A model generated the notes under the pieces. The model did not search any database and was not told the origin of the DNA. It was given only the letters and a program-made list of their open reading frames with translations. From Candidatus Saccharimonadota bacterium (lineage in GTDB: Bacteria; Patescibacteriota; Saccharimonadia; Saccharimonadales; UBA10212), in contig JACDFN010000001.1 of NCBI GenBank assembly GCA_013815775.1, positions 109,883-173,882 on the forward strand: 64,000 nt of DNA. Direction: 5' to 3'. Positions 38,963-47,572 of the stretch are shown here, in pieces (within the stretch, counting starts at the first letter, position 1; each line of letters starts with the position of its first letter). The translations under genes were made by a program, and so were the position numbers.

Positions 38963-39625
38963 CTATTGGTTACGTAGTGTTATTCGAGTTGCATTACTTA
39001 AGGTCACATTTTTACCAAAGGCTTTTTTAGCCATATCAATATTTAAAGTAACAGAACGAGCCTGACTTGCATCTGCTGTAGTCACGTTTGAGCTGTCGTA
39101 GAAGGTAAAACTTACATTGCTGACCAGGTTACTCAAAAGCCTATCCGGAGGGCAGGAGGGGGTTGCTAAGGCTGTAGGACAGGTTGTAACCGCCGTGTTG
39201 CCTGTAGCTGCTGTGTTGGCTAGCACACGTTTGTACATATTATTTCCAGAGGTGAAATATATGTATTCATTTCTATATGGAAAACCGGTATCTGGGTCAA
39301 ATATTATATCTCTAGCGGATGTAACTGCCGGACTTTCGATTATTAGAATGTTACTTGGATCGTTTGTGGCCCATCCTCCGCCCGGTTGGTTGGCGTCGGC
39401 TAAAAGGTTTGTACTTGCGATGGCATCCGCCAGGCGAATATCGTCAGTCATTTGCGCCAAAATGCTTTGCGACCCCAAAGCCATTTCGGTCGATACTTCT
39501 GATTGAATTACGTTGGCATAATAATAAAAAGTAACAATAAAAAGTATTGCAGCCAAAAAGCCTGCAATGGTTACTGAAATAGTTAGTTCAGTGATCGTAA
39601 AGCCACCTTCTTCGCGCTTGGTCAT
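38963..39625 (-). CDS. Prepilin-type minor pilin (PilW-like)
   Basis: Class III signal G|FTITELTISVTIAGFLAAILF. Confidence 0.65.
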   Translation of the reverse strand: MTKREEGGFTITELTISVTIAGFLAAILFIVTFYYYANVIQSEVSTEMALGSQSILAQMTDDIRLADAIASTNLLADANQPGGGWATNDPSNILIIESPAVTSARDIIFDPDTGFPYRNEYIYFTSGNNMYKRVLANTAATGNTAVTTCPTALATPSCPPDRLLSNLVSNVSFTFYDSSNVTTADASQARSVTLNIDMAKKAFGKNVTLSNATRITLRNQ

Positions 39626-40047
39626 TGCCCAACTCCAAGTTCGCTTATGTAGGTTCGGAATGCAACAGTTCGGCTAACCTTATATTCTGTAAATGTGATA
39701 CTGACATCAATTTGTTTAAGGCCGGTTTGAGGCGTAGTTATAGTGTAGGTTGCGCTTTTTGGACCTCCAACAGTACCGGGAATTTCGGATGTAAAAGCTG
39801 TTGTCCCGTTGTTGATGCTGTTATAGCCGAAACTTCGGAGCGTCTCAACCTTGTTTTGAGCAAGGGTGTTTACTAAAACTAAGTTTCGGGATTGGTAATT
39901 AATCACCGCTAAATTGGTTATTCCAATTGCAACAGCCGGAATAATTATACCCATCAGTACAATAGTGATGATAAGTTCAACTATTGTGAATCCCACTGAA
40001 TTTCCATAGCGGTTTGGTGGATTAAAAGACTCTATATTACACTTCAT
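39622..40047 (-). CDS. Prepilin-type minor pilin (PilV-like)
   Basis: G|FTIVELIITIVLMGIII N-terminal methylation motif. Confidence 0.65.
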   Translation of the reverse strand: MKCNIESFNPPNRYGNSVGFTIVELIITIVLMGIIIPAVAIGITNLAVINYQSRNLVLVNTLAQNKVETLRSFGYNSINNGTTAFTSEIPGTVGGPKSATYTITTPQTGLKQIDVSITFTEYKVSRTVAFRTYISELGVGQ

Positions 40048-40085
40048 ACCATTTATGGTTAATTTTAATCTGTTTAGTTGAATTT

Positions 40086-40125
40086 AAAAAGGCTCTTCCC
40101 GAAAACCAGGAGGAGCCTTTTTATT
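40086..40125 (-). terminator. Rho-independent terminator just downstream of pilA
   Basis: GGCTCCTCC-tggttttcg-GGAAGAGCC (9 bp, minus strand) followed by TTTTT. Confidence 0.65.
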
Positions 40126-40138
40126 TTACTATCGTTGT

Positions 40139-40603
40139 TTAGTTTAGACTGTCCTTAGATTTAACTGCTGAAGTTTTCTCTTCAAAGTAGTAAATCTTGA
40201 ACTTAGCACAAGGGTTAGCAGTACATGCTGTTGTACCATCTGCCTCTAGTGGCGTGTAGCCGTATTGGTTCTTAGTTGGTGTTGCGGAGTTGACCATTGA
40301 GTTAGCAGCGAGGTTTGGTGCCCGCCAAGCATTTAAGTCCGCTCCTTTGAGGTTAGCCGTAATCCAGGAGTCGGTGTTAACTTCTCCAGTGAACACAGGA
40401 TAACCAGCGTTATCGGTGTAATAAACTTCCAGCTGCGTAGCAACCGAGTTGGTGTCCGTGCGACGTTCTGTATCACGAGCTCGCTCTTGAACTCCTCTAA
40501 AGCTGTTTAGTACCAGTGCTGCCAAGATACCAATAACAACGATTACAATCAAAAGCTCAACGATTGTAAAGCCTTGATTATTCTTTTTTATATTAAACTT
40601 CAT
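40139..40603 (-). CDS. pilA: Major type IV pilin
   Basis: QG|FTIVELLIVIVVIGILAAL prepilin motif with Glu5; own promoter, strong RBS AAAGGAGGGTGG and own terminator. Confidence 0.8.
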   Translation of the reverse strand: MKFNIKKNNQGFTIVELLIVIVVIGILAALVLNSFRGVQERARDTERRTDTNSVATQLEVYYTDNAGYPVFTGEVNTDSWITANLKGADLNAWRAPNLAANSMVNSATPTKNQYGYTPLEADGTTACTANPCAKFKIYYFEEKTSAVKSKDSLN

Positions 40604-40667
40604 GTCTTGCCACCCTCCTTTAAGGTTTTGTCTTTGCGTGAAGTTAAGCTAATGCTTAATGCTAATG

Positions 40668-40696
40668 ATTATCTATAATCGATATTCACTTGTCAA
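40668..40696 (-). promoter_or_regulatory. pilA promoter
   Basis: Minus strand TTGACA (40696-40691), 17 nt, GATAAT (40673-40668). Confidence 0.55.
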
Positions 40697-40697
40697 C

Positions 40698-41912
40698 CTA
40701 TTGAATATTATTAGCAAGGCCGCTAATTGGTCCGATAACACTTGCGGCGATTAAGCCAACCATGCTGCCCATTACTACTATCATGACCGGTTCCAGTATT
40801 GAGCTTAATCCGTTAACTAGAGCATCCACTTCTTCCTCATAGAAATCTGCAACTTTTACCAAAGTTGTAGCAGTTTGTCCTGTTTCTTCTCCCACGGCAA
40901 GCATTTGGCTAACAATAGGTGGGAATACCTGGCTTTTACTGAGCTGAGCAGACAACTGTTTGCCGTTTTTAACCTCATTTGAGGCATCTAGAAGTTCAGT
41001 CTGAATAACGTAGTTGCCAAGAGATTTTGCAGTAACTTCCAAGGATTGTAAAACGGGAACTCCGGCAGCCATTAAGGAAGCAAAGATACGGGCAAACCTG
41101 GCAATTGCTACCTTGGTAACAACTGTCTTTATAACCGGAACTTTTAGCAAAAAAGCATCAAATCTTTGCTTACCCTTTGTAGTCTTGCGCCAACGGTTAA
41201 AAATAATTGGCCCACCAATAAAAATGCCTGCGACGATAAACCATTTTGTTCGTATAAAGCTACTAAGGGCTAGCATAGCGGCAGTCTGAGGTGGCAGTTT
41301 TGCGTCCGGGCCGCCAAGAGAGGTGACCAAGGTACCAATTTTAGGAACTACAAAAATTGTTAGAACAAAGAACGCCATAACCGTAATCACCAAAAGCACA
41401 AGAGGGTAGGTAGTGGCACTTTTAATCTTTGCTCGAATAGCTGCATCCTTCTCCTGCTGCTGAGCTAGTTTCTTTAAAATATCGTCGAGTATACCACCAG
41501 TTTCACCGGCTCGAATCATATTGACGTAAATAGGGGAGAAGGTTGAAGGGTGTTTCTCTAGAGAGTCTGCCAAATTAACACCGCTCTCTATATCCTTAAC
41601 AACAGTAGATAGTTGTTCCTTGAGTTTTTTACTGCTTGTTTGAGCCTGTAATACGGATATTGATCTGGTAAGCGGGATACCAGCATTAATCATGGTGGAT
41701 AGTTGGCGGGTAAAAATTACTAGGTCACGCGCTTTAACTTTGCGAGAGCCAAAACCGGAATGAGATTTCTTAGAGCTTACTTCTTTTACATTTATTGGCT
41801 TTATGTTCTGTTGATTTAAAGTTTGAATCGCAGCTGCTCTTGACGGTGCAGTAATAGTCCCGTTATTTGGCTGGCCGCTGACTCCGAGAGCTGTATAGCT
41901 AAACTGTGCCAT
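40698..41912 (-). CDS. pilC: Type IV pilus platform protein PilC (GspF family)
   Basis: 404 aa; duplicated GspF domains, three TMs. Confidence 0.9.
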   Translation of the reverse strand: MAQFSYTALGVSGQPNNGTITAPSRAAAIQTLNQQNIKPINVKEVSSKKSHSGFGSRKVKARDLVIFTRQLSTMINAGIPLTRSISVLQAQTSSKKLKEQLSTVVKDIESGVNLADSLEKHPSTFSPIYVNMIRAGETGGILDDILKKLAQQQEKDAAIRAKIKSATTYPLVLLVITVMAFFVLTIFVVPKIGTLVTSLGGPDAKLPPQTAAMLALSSFIRTKWFIVAGIFIGGPIIFNRWRKTTKGKQRFDAFLLKVPVIKTVVTKVAIARFARIFASLMAAGVPVLQSLEVTAKSLGNYVIQTELLDASNEVKNGKQLSAQLSKSQVFPPIVSQMLAVGEETGQTATTLVKVADFYEEEVDALVNGLSSILEPVMIVVMGSMVGLIAASVIGPISGLANNIQ

Positions 41913-43714
41913 TATTTTTCAGTGGTTACTCTCATTACCTCTTCAAGAGTTGTTTGGCCGCGAAGAGCTTTAATAAAACCGTCATTTTGCATCGTAATCA
42001 TACCCTCAGCAATGGCTTGTTCTTGGATTGGCTCGCTGGCGGAATTGCTAATGATCAACTTTTGCAGGGTTGGAGTCATTGGCAGGACTTCGTAAATACC
42101 GACTCGTCCCCTAAAAGCACCGATGGGGTTACTGGAACCACTTACCCTCCAAAGCCTTTCGATGGTAGATTCTGTAGTAGAGGGCTTTGCTGAGTCCGGA
42201 ATCGGTTTTCCGTCAGCAGACAGTTGTCCTATAGATCCCTCTATAGCTTGAAGCTCAAGCTCGTGTACGTGTTTCATCTTCTCTGCTGAGTCAACTGAGA
42301 ATGCCTTCCCAATTCTCCTGAGAGTTGCCTCGTCAGGTCGAAATATCTCAGTACTCTCAGGCACTAGTTTTCTAACTAGGCGTTGCCCAACTACTGCACG
42401 TACGGTACTGGCAATTAAGAAAGGCTCTATGCCCATATCCAGAAGGCGCGGCAGGCAAGTCGCTGCATTATTTGTGTGCAGGGTGCTGAAAACTAAGTGC
42501 CCGGTCAATGCTGCCTGAACTGCAAGATTGGCGGTTTCGGCATCCCTAATCTCACCCACCATAATAATGTTAGGATCTTGCCTGAGCAAAGCGCGGAGTG
42601 CATTAGGAAAAGTCATACCAGCCACCGGATTTACCTGAACTTGGTTAACTCCAGGGATTCTATATTCCACGGGGTCTTCAACCGTACTAATGTTTACGGA
42701 TGGTTGATTTAGACGACTTAATATACTAAATAAGCTGGTACTTTTGCCAGAGCCCGTGGGGCCGGTGAATAAAATCATTCCGTGGGGCCGGGTTAGGGCT
42801 TGTTCAAGGTTTTCCAAGCTGGTGCCCCAAAATCCAAGTTCTTGCAAAGTAGAAGGTTTACTTGATTCATTTAGAATACGCATGACTACTTTTTCACCAT
42901 CAACAATTGGCAAGGTACTAACACGAAGAGCATACTGCCCACTGCCCACAACAACCTTAAATCGTCCGTCTTGGGGGACACGTCTTTCGTCTATTTTTAG
43001 GTTGCTCAAGATTTTAATACGACTCACCAGCGGGGCAAGCATCTTCTTAGGCAGTCGGTTGGTTTCTTTGAGCTGTCCGTCGATACGGTACCGAATACTT
43101 ACGTAATCATCTCTTGGCTCAATGTGAACATCGCTAGCACTCTGCTTAATAGCGTATTCCACTATCAAGTTCACCGATTTTGCGACTGGACTATCTTCAG
43201 CGACATCTTCTTCGCGGATTTTTTCATCGGCCTCGGCAGTTTCACTACTAGCAACAGCTTGGGTAAGTTCGCCGCCTATATTGGTTCGGTACTGGTCGAT
43301 GGCCGATAAAATATTCGACCTGGGCGCAATATAGACCTTTACGTTCGTACCGAGCTGTTTTTGCAAGAAGTTAAGGGCTTGCACATCGTCAGGGTCTTCC
43401 ATTGCGAGGTGGGGATTACCGTCTTTTTGAACCTCAAACACCACGGCATTATATTGACGGGCTATGCGCTCGGGAATTAGCTTGAGGGCATCTTTGCCGA
43501 TATTGCGCGGGTTAATCTCCACAAATGGCACATCAATTTGCTCTGCGTATAGCTGGGTTAAATCTTTCTCAGATAAGAGGTTATTTCTGACGGCGACGTC
43601 TTGAAGCGGCCGCTTCTCAGTCTTATGCTGCTCAAGCAAAACCTTGAGCTGGTCGTCATTAATTTTTTTACTCTGTTTTAAGAGTTCAATGACAAGGCTG
43701 TCACTAATACGCAT
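41912..43714 (-). CDS. pilB: Type IV pilus assembly ATPase PilB (GspE family)
   Basis: Walker A GPTGSGKST, Asp box, Walker B, His box; N-terminal MshEN-like domains. Confidence 0.92.
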   Translation of the reverse strand: MRISDSLVIELLKQSKKINDDQLKVLLEQHKTEKRPLQDVAVRNNLLSEKDLTQLYAEQIDVPFVEINPRNIGKDALKLIPERIARQYNAVVFEVQKDGNPHLAMEDPDDVQALNFLQKQLGTNVKVYIAPRSNILSAIDQYRTNIGGELTQAVASSETAEADEKIREEDVAEDSPVAKSVNLIVEYAIKQSASDVHIEPRDDYVSIRYRIDGQLKETNRLPKKMLAPLVSRIKILSNLKIDERRVPQDGRFKVVVGSGQYALRVSTLPIVDGEKVVMRILNESSKPSTLQELGFWGTSLENLEQALTRPHGMILFTGPTGSGKSTSLFSILSRLNQPSVNISTVEDPVEYRIPGVNQVQVNPVAGMTFPNALRALLRQDPNIIMVGEIRDAETANLAVQAALTGHLVFSTLHTNNAATCLPRLLDMGIEPFLIASTVRAVVGQRLVRKLVPESTEIFRPDEATLRRIGKAFSVDSAEKMKHVHELELQAIEGSIGQLSADGKPIPDSAKPSTTESTIERLWRVSGSSNPIGAFRGRVGIYEVLPMTPTLQKLIISNSASEPIQEQAIAEGMITMQNDGFIKALRGQTTLEEVMRVTTEK

Positions 43715-43726
43715 ACGCTTAGTATA
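43712..43726 (-). promoter_or_regulatory. -10 box TATACT 6 nt upstream of pilB ATG; candidate leaderless promoter
   Basis: Minus strand TATACT-aagcgt-ATG. Confidence 0.4.
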
Positions 43727-43871
43727 GCGTACTGCAAGGGTATCACTAGGGTTAAATTATTTAAAAATTTTGGTGAAAAAATTACTAAGCATCAACATTT
43801 TTATAGGGTTCGTAAGCTTGCTATACTTTAATGTATAAGGCGCACGGGCGCATTTTTACTAGGAGGTGTTT

Positions 43872-44897
43872 ATGGCTAAGGGTGATGTGGCTAAGGTGTC
43901 GGGTTCGGCTAAAGATGGTAAGAAAGAAGCTCTGAATCTGGCGATGAGCCAAATTGAGAAGCAGTTTGGCAGGGGTTCCATAATGCGGTTGGGGGAAGCC
44001 CAGCATGCCGATATAGCAACTACGCCAACCGGTAGCATTAGTTTAGACCTAGCACTCGGGGGAGGAATTCCTAAAGGTCGAATCATTGAAATTTACGGTC
44101 CGGAAAGTTCTGGAAAAACTACACTAAGCCTACATATAGTAGCCGAAGTTCAAAAAGGTGGCGGTACAGCAGCGTATGTTGATGCCGAGCATGCACTTGA
44201 TCCGGCATATGCTAAGCGCATTGGAGTAAACACTGATGAATTGCTGCTCAGCCAACCCGACAGCGGAGAGCAGGCGTTAGAGGTAGTAGAGACTCTAGTT
44301 CGCAGCAATGCTGTGGATATTATCGTTGTTGATTCAGTTGCCGCTCTAGTACCCCAGGCAGAGATAGAGGGCGATATGGGTGATGCTCATATGGGCTTGC
44401 AAGCTCGGCTTATGAGCCAAGCCCTACGTAAGCTTACTGGGGTAATCAGTAAAACCAACTGTACCGTTATTTTTGTAAACCAACTTAGGATGAAAATTGG
44501 TATTATGTTCGGTAACCCCGAAACAACAACAGGCGGAAACGCGCTTAAGTTCTACGCCACGGTTAGGATGGATATCCGGCGAACGAGTCAGCTAAAATCA
44601 GGCGACCGGGTAATTGGTAATCATTGCCGAGTCAAGGTTGTTAAGAATAAAGTGGCTCCTCCTTTCCGAGAGGCCGAATTTGACATCATGTATAACGAAG
44701 GTATTAGCCGAGAGGGAGACATCATAGACCTTGCGGCCCTCCATGAAGTAGTGATAAAGAGCGGTGCCTGGTACGAGTATGAAGGCCAGAAAATTGCCCA
44801 GGGCAGGGAAGCCGCCAAGAAGTATTTAAGGGACAATCCTAAAGTACTGGAAAAAGTGGCTAAACAGACAATAGAAGCTGCTTTAAAAACTGAGTAG
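43872..44897 (+). CDS. recA: Recombinase RecA
   Basis: GPESSGKTT Walker [11 protein letters not shown]2 loop; ATG 43872 lies 5 nt after AGGAGG (tracked GTG 43866 is less likely). Confidence 0.97.
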   Translation: MAKGDVAKVSGSAKDGKKEALNLAMSQIEKQFGRGSIMRLGEAQHADIATTPTGSISLDLALGGGIPKGRIIEIYGPESSGKTTLSLHIVAEVQKGGGTAAYVDAEHALDPAYAKRIGVNTDELLLSQPDSGEQALEVVETLVRSNAVDIIVVDSVAALVPQAEIEGDMGDAHMGLQARLMSQALRKLTGVISKTNCTVIFVNQLRMKIGIMFGNPETTTGGNALKFYATVRMDIRRTSQLKSGDRVIGNHCRVKVVKNKVAPPFREAEFDIMYNEGISREGDIIDLAALHEVVIKSGAWYEYEGQKIAQGREAAKKYLRDNPKVLEKVAKQTIEAALKTE

Positions 44898-44911
44898 AGT
44901 AAATTCATCAT

Positions 44912-45364
44912 ATGATAGCAATTAATCACGCTCTAACAGGCGGAATCGTTGCCATTTCTGTTAGCAAACCGATATTAGCTTTGCCTGCGGCACTGGCAAG
45001 TCATTTTTTTTTAGATATGCTGCCCCACTGGGACTATAAGGTTCCAAGTGCTATAAAATATCGTCCACTTATTATCGGCATGGACATACTGGTCAGTACT
45101 ATAGCCATCTTATTCTTAGGATTATTTCTTGATGTTGAGTATTGGCTTTTTGCGCTTGGTGCGTTACTTGGTGTACTTCCAGATATTATGTGGTTGCCAT
45201 ATATATTCTTCGGTCGACCGACGCCTTATGACAAAAAAAACATCCTTCATACCCTAAGGCGTTTCCATTTTAGAATTCAGTGGAGTGAGTCTGCGAGCGG
45301 CCTTTTCGTAGAGTTAGGATGGCTTTTTATGCTTGTGGTCTTGCTGGTTAATCTGGGCAAGTAA
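44912..45364 (+). CDS. Membrane protein, possibly YdjM/DUF457-like metal-dependent hydrolase
   Basis: His/Asp-containing motifs at helix ends (INHALTGG, SHFFLDMLPHWD, LPDIMW); weak assignment. Confidence 0.35.
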   Translation: MIAINHALTGGIVAISVSKPILALPAALASHFFLDMLPHWDYKVPSAIKYRPLIIGMDILVSTIAILFLGLFLDVEYWLFALGALLGVLPDIMWLPYIFFGRPTPYDKKNILHTLRRFHFRIQWSESASGLFVELGWLFMLVVLLVNLGK

Positions 45365-45365
45365 A

Positions 45366-45977
45366 ATGAAAATTACGGCTATTAAGCATCAGGTCAAAAA
45401 CTTAGATAGGGTGAGCGTATTTGTAGATGGCAAGTACGGTTTTTCTCTAAGTCTAGATGAGCTACTTTCTCAGCAGATTAAAAATAATGATGATATAGAC
45501 GGAGTACACCTAAAAAAACTGAAAAAATTGTCCGAAGATGGAAAGCTGAGAGCGCGGGCGTTGGAGTGGCTCTTTGGCCGGCCACATTCGATAAAAGAAT
45601 TTAAGGATTATATGTGGCGGAAAAAGGCCGACTCAGAATTAACCGAAAAACTTATCTTAGAGTTTACCCATAAAAAATATTTAGATGATATTGGGTTCGG
45701 GGTTTGGCTTGTAGAGATGCGACAGCGGTCGGGCAAGAGCAACCGTCAAATCAAAAGCGAGTTATTCAGTAAGGGTTTATCGAAAGAAGATGCAGATGCT
45801 GTATTGGAAGGCCAGCCGGAAACTGAGCAGGATAGATTGAAGAACCTCATAAATAAAAAAAGCAAAATACCACGCTACCGTGATGACTCAGCAAAACTAG
45901 CAAAATATCTTGTAGGCCAAGGATTTTCTTGGGGAGATGTAAAACAAGCACTTGCTCTTAGGGAGTTCGAAGACTAG
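45366..45977 (+). CDS. recX: RecA regulator RecX
   Basis: MKITAIK..DRVSVFVDGKYGFSL N-terminus and three-helix repeats; ATG 45366 preferred over tracked 45333. Confidence 0.8.
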   Translation: MKITAIKHQVKNLDRVSVFVDGKYGFSLSLDELLSQQIKNNDDIDGVHLKKLKKLSEDGKLRARALEWLFGRPHSIKEFKDYMWRKKADSELTEKLILEFTHKKYLDDIGFGVWLVEMRQRSGKSNRQIKSELFSKGLSKEDADAVLEGQPETEQDRLKNLINKKSKIPRYRDDSAKLAKYLVGQGFSWGDVKQALALREFED

Positions 45978-46495
45978 GCCGGTGCTGTGGCACCTGAAAG
46001 TTCTTCCTGGGTGGCGTGAATCTCGTTGTCACGTACTAATATGTGGTGATCTGTGACCTCCAATATTTGAGTACGATCTACGATGACAGTATCTTCTGAG
46101 GAGAAAACTTTAATTAACGACCTTACAACATATAGTTTCTGCACGAATAGTCCGTCGTTGTAGCTGTAATCACTAACTTTACCCAGCTTCTGATTTTTAG
46201 TCTTTACTGGCTTATCCAGAAGTTGAAAGCGGATATCTAGAACTTCGCGGTGTCGTACTAAATCTTCGGGAGCGGTTAACTCATCGACATCGTTTACTAT
46301 CAACCCATTGGCATCAATTTCTCGCAAGTTCTCAGCCAGCAAAACTAACTGCCCGTTCCCTGGGCTTTTGCACCACCAACCCAATATTTTTAAGTTGTGT
46401 GGGTTTATTATTGGCTCTAAAGCCACGGCAATCTGTGTTCCGCTGTGCAGACTAAGTACTGGTTGATTGCGCAAGCTGCCGCTCATTCTAAGCAT
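45974..46495 (-). CDS. Hypothetical protein with two PRC-barrel-like repeats
   Basis: 173 aa; pattern recognition only. Confidence 0.35.
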   Translation of the reverse strand: MLRMSGSLRNQPVLSLHSGTQIAVALEPIINPHNLKILGWWCKSPGNGQLVLLAENLREIDANGLIVNDVDELTAPEDLVRHREVLDIRFQLLDKPVKTKNQKLGKVSDYSYNDGLFVQKLYVVRSLIKVFSSEDTVIVDRTQILEVTDHHILVRDNEIHATQEELSGATAPA

Positions 46496-46679
46496 AACAA
46501 CTTAAGTATATCCTAAGTATTGCGGGGGCGCAGTAATTATTAGGGAGTTGAAAAAACTAATGCTTTATGTTAATATAATCAACTTCTAGGGCTGTTTTAA
46601 TAGCTACGTCTTAGAAGTGCACAAGGGGTCACAAGACCCTAAAACAGGCCGTAGACGGCCTTAACAATCTGGAGGAAAA

Positions 46680-47132
46680 GTGTTTATATTTGAAGCACTG
46701 GAGTCGCTATCGAAGTTCGACTTCGTTGCCTTGATGGTTGCTGCCGCGGTGTTCATCGTCGTCAGCCACTCGGTGTTCAATATCATCGGCATCATCAACG
46801 ACGCAAAGCATCCCGACATGCGCTTCCATAGGCGGCGCAACCCAAACCCGTACTACTTCCGAGTCATGGCGGCCATGTTTGGCGTGTGCTTTGTCGGCGC
46901 CATCGACATTGGTCTGCACATCGGGTATTTCCGGGGAGTATATCCCTTCCTGGCTTACCCGTTTTTCGAGTTCTTGGTATTTCTCGGCACTGTCGCCATC
47001 GGCGCCATTGTGTCATTCGGCATCGTCATGGTCGCCAAGGCCGTTGCGCGCCGTCATGGGCTTGGGTCCATGGCGCAGATCCACTACATCAATGGTGACA
47101 ATCGACGTACCAGACGCTCGACGGGCCGCTAG
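46680..47132 (+). CDS. Hypothetical membrane protein on a GC-rich island (GTG start)
   Basis: GGAGG 6 nt upstream of GTG; 4 TM segments. The overlapping alternative-frame ORFs are a consequence of high GC. Confidence 0.4.
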   Translation: MFIFEALESLSKFDFVALMVAAAVFIVVSHSVFNIIGIINDAKHPDMRFHRRRNPNPYYFRVMAAMFGVCFVGAIDIGLHIGYFRGVYPFLAYPFFEFLVFLGTVAIGAIVSFGIVMVAKAVARRHGLGSMAQIHYINGDNRRTRRSTGR

Positions 47133-47168
47133 AGCTGTCCTCTATTTTCGTTTTTCCTCCAGTTCACC

Positions 47169-47197
47169 GCGGGAGCGGCGGCATGCGCCGCTCCCGC
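47169..47197. terminator. 12-bp perfect GC hairpin at the island's right edge
   Basis: GCGGGAGCGGCG-gcatg-CGCCGCTCCCGC; no clear U tract. Confidence 0.45.
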
Positions 47198-47239
47198 CTT
47201 AAACAAAGTCTTTAAATTTTGAAGGTTTTGTTTAAGATT

Positions 47240-47443
47240 TTATTGATCCAACTTGTCTTGAATGTCGTTAGCTCGGTTCTTCACATCCTGTGTTTGGTCC
47301 TGTAGGTTCTCAGCTTGTTCTATGGCATTGACGGTGCCGTCTTTAATCTGGGTGACGTCTTCAGCGCGTGAAACATAAAAATAAGCGGCAAGCACTATAC
47401 CAAGCACTAGCACCAGAAGAAAAGGGATTCTTAATATTGCCAT
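47240..47443 (-). CDS. Small membrane-anchored coiled-coil protein (67 aa)
   Basis: N-terminal TM then a Gln/Asp-rich helix. Confidence 0.4.
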   Translation of the reverse strand: MAILRIPFLLVLVLGIVLAAYFYVSRAEDVTQIKDGTVNAIEQAENLQDQTQDVKNRANDIQDKLDQ

Positions 47444-47572
47444 CTCGCACTTAATTCTACAGCACTAGTGTTTCAACTTTAAAAAGCTACCGCTGAGTTA
47501 AATAAAATCTACAACATATTTATTTCCATAATCACTTTTCATAAAGAAGTCGCTGAATATAATAGAAACTAA

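Noticed and set aside
43715-43871. Search for a LexA/SOS (Cheo GAAC-N4-GTTC or TCGAAC-N4-GTTCGA) box in the pilB-recA divergent region.
   Set aside because: No match was found. Only a small GCGC-acgg-GCGC hairpin followed by ATTTTT is present, which is too weak to call.
46625-46679. Two small hairpins upstream of the GC-island gene, considered as a guanidine-II (mini-ykkC) or preQ1-I riboswitch.
   Set aside because: The loops are ACAA and TAGA rather than ACGR. The first hairpin loop is too small for preQ1-I, and the A-rich tail does not match.
46707-47202. Alternative-frame and antisense ORFs on the second GC-rich island (46738-47202, 46886-47098, 46707-46919).
   Set aside because: Arg/Ser/Pro/Cys-rich translations typical of out-of-frame reading of GC-rich DNA. 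Only the 46680 frame has an RBS and TM-helix periodicity. Frame choice still deserves a formal test.
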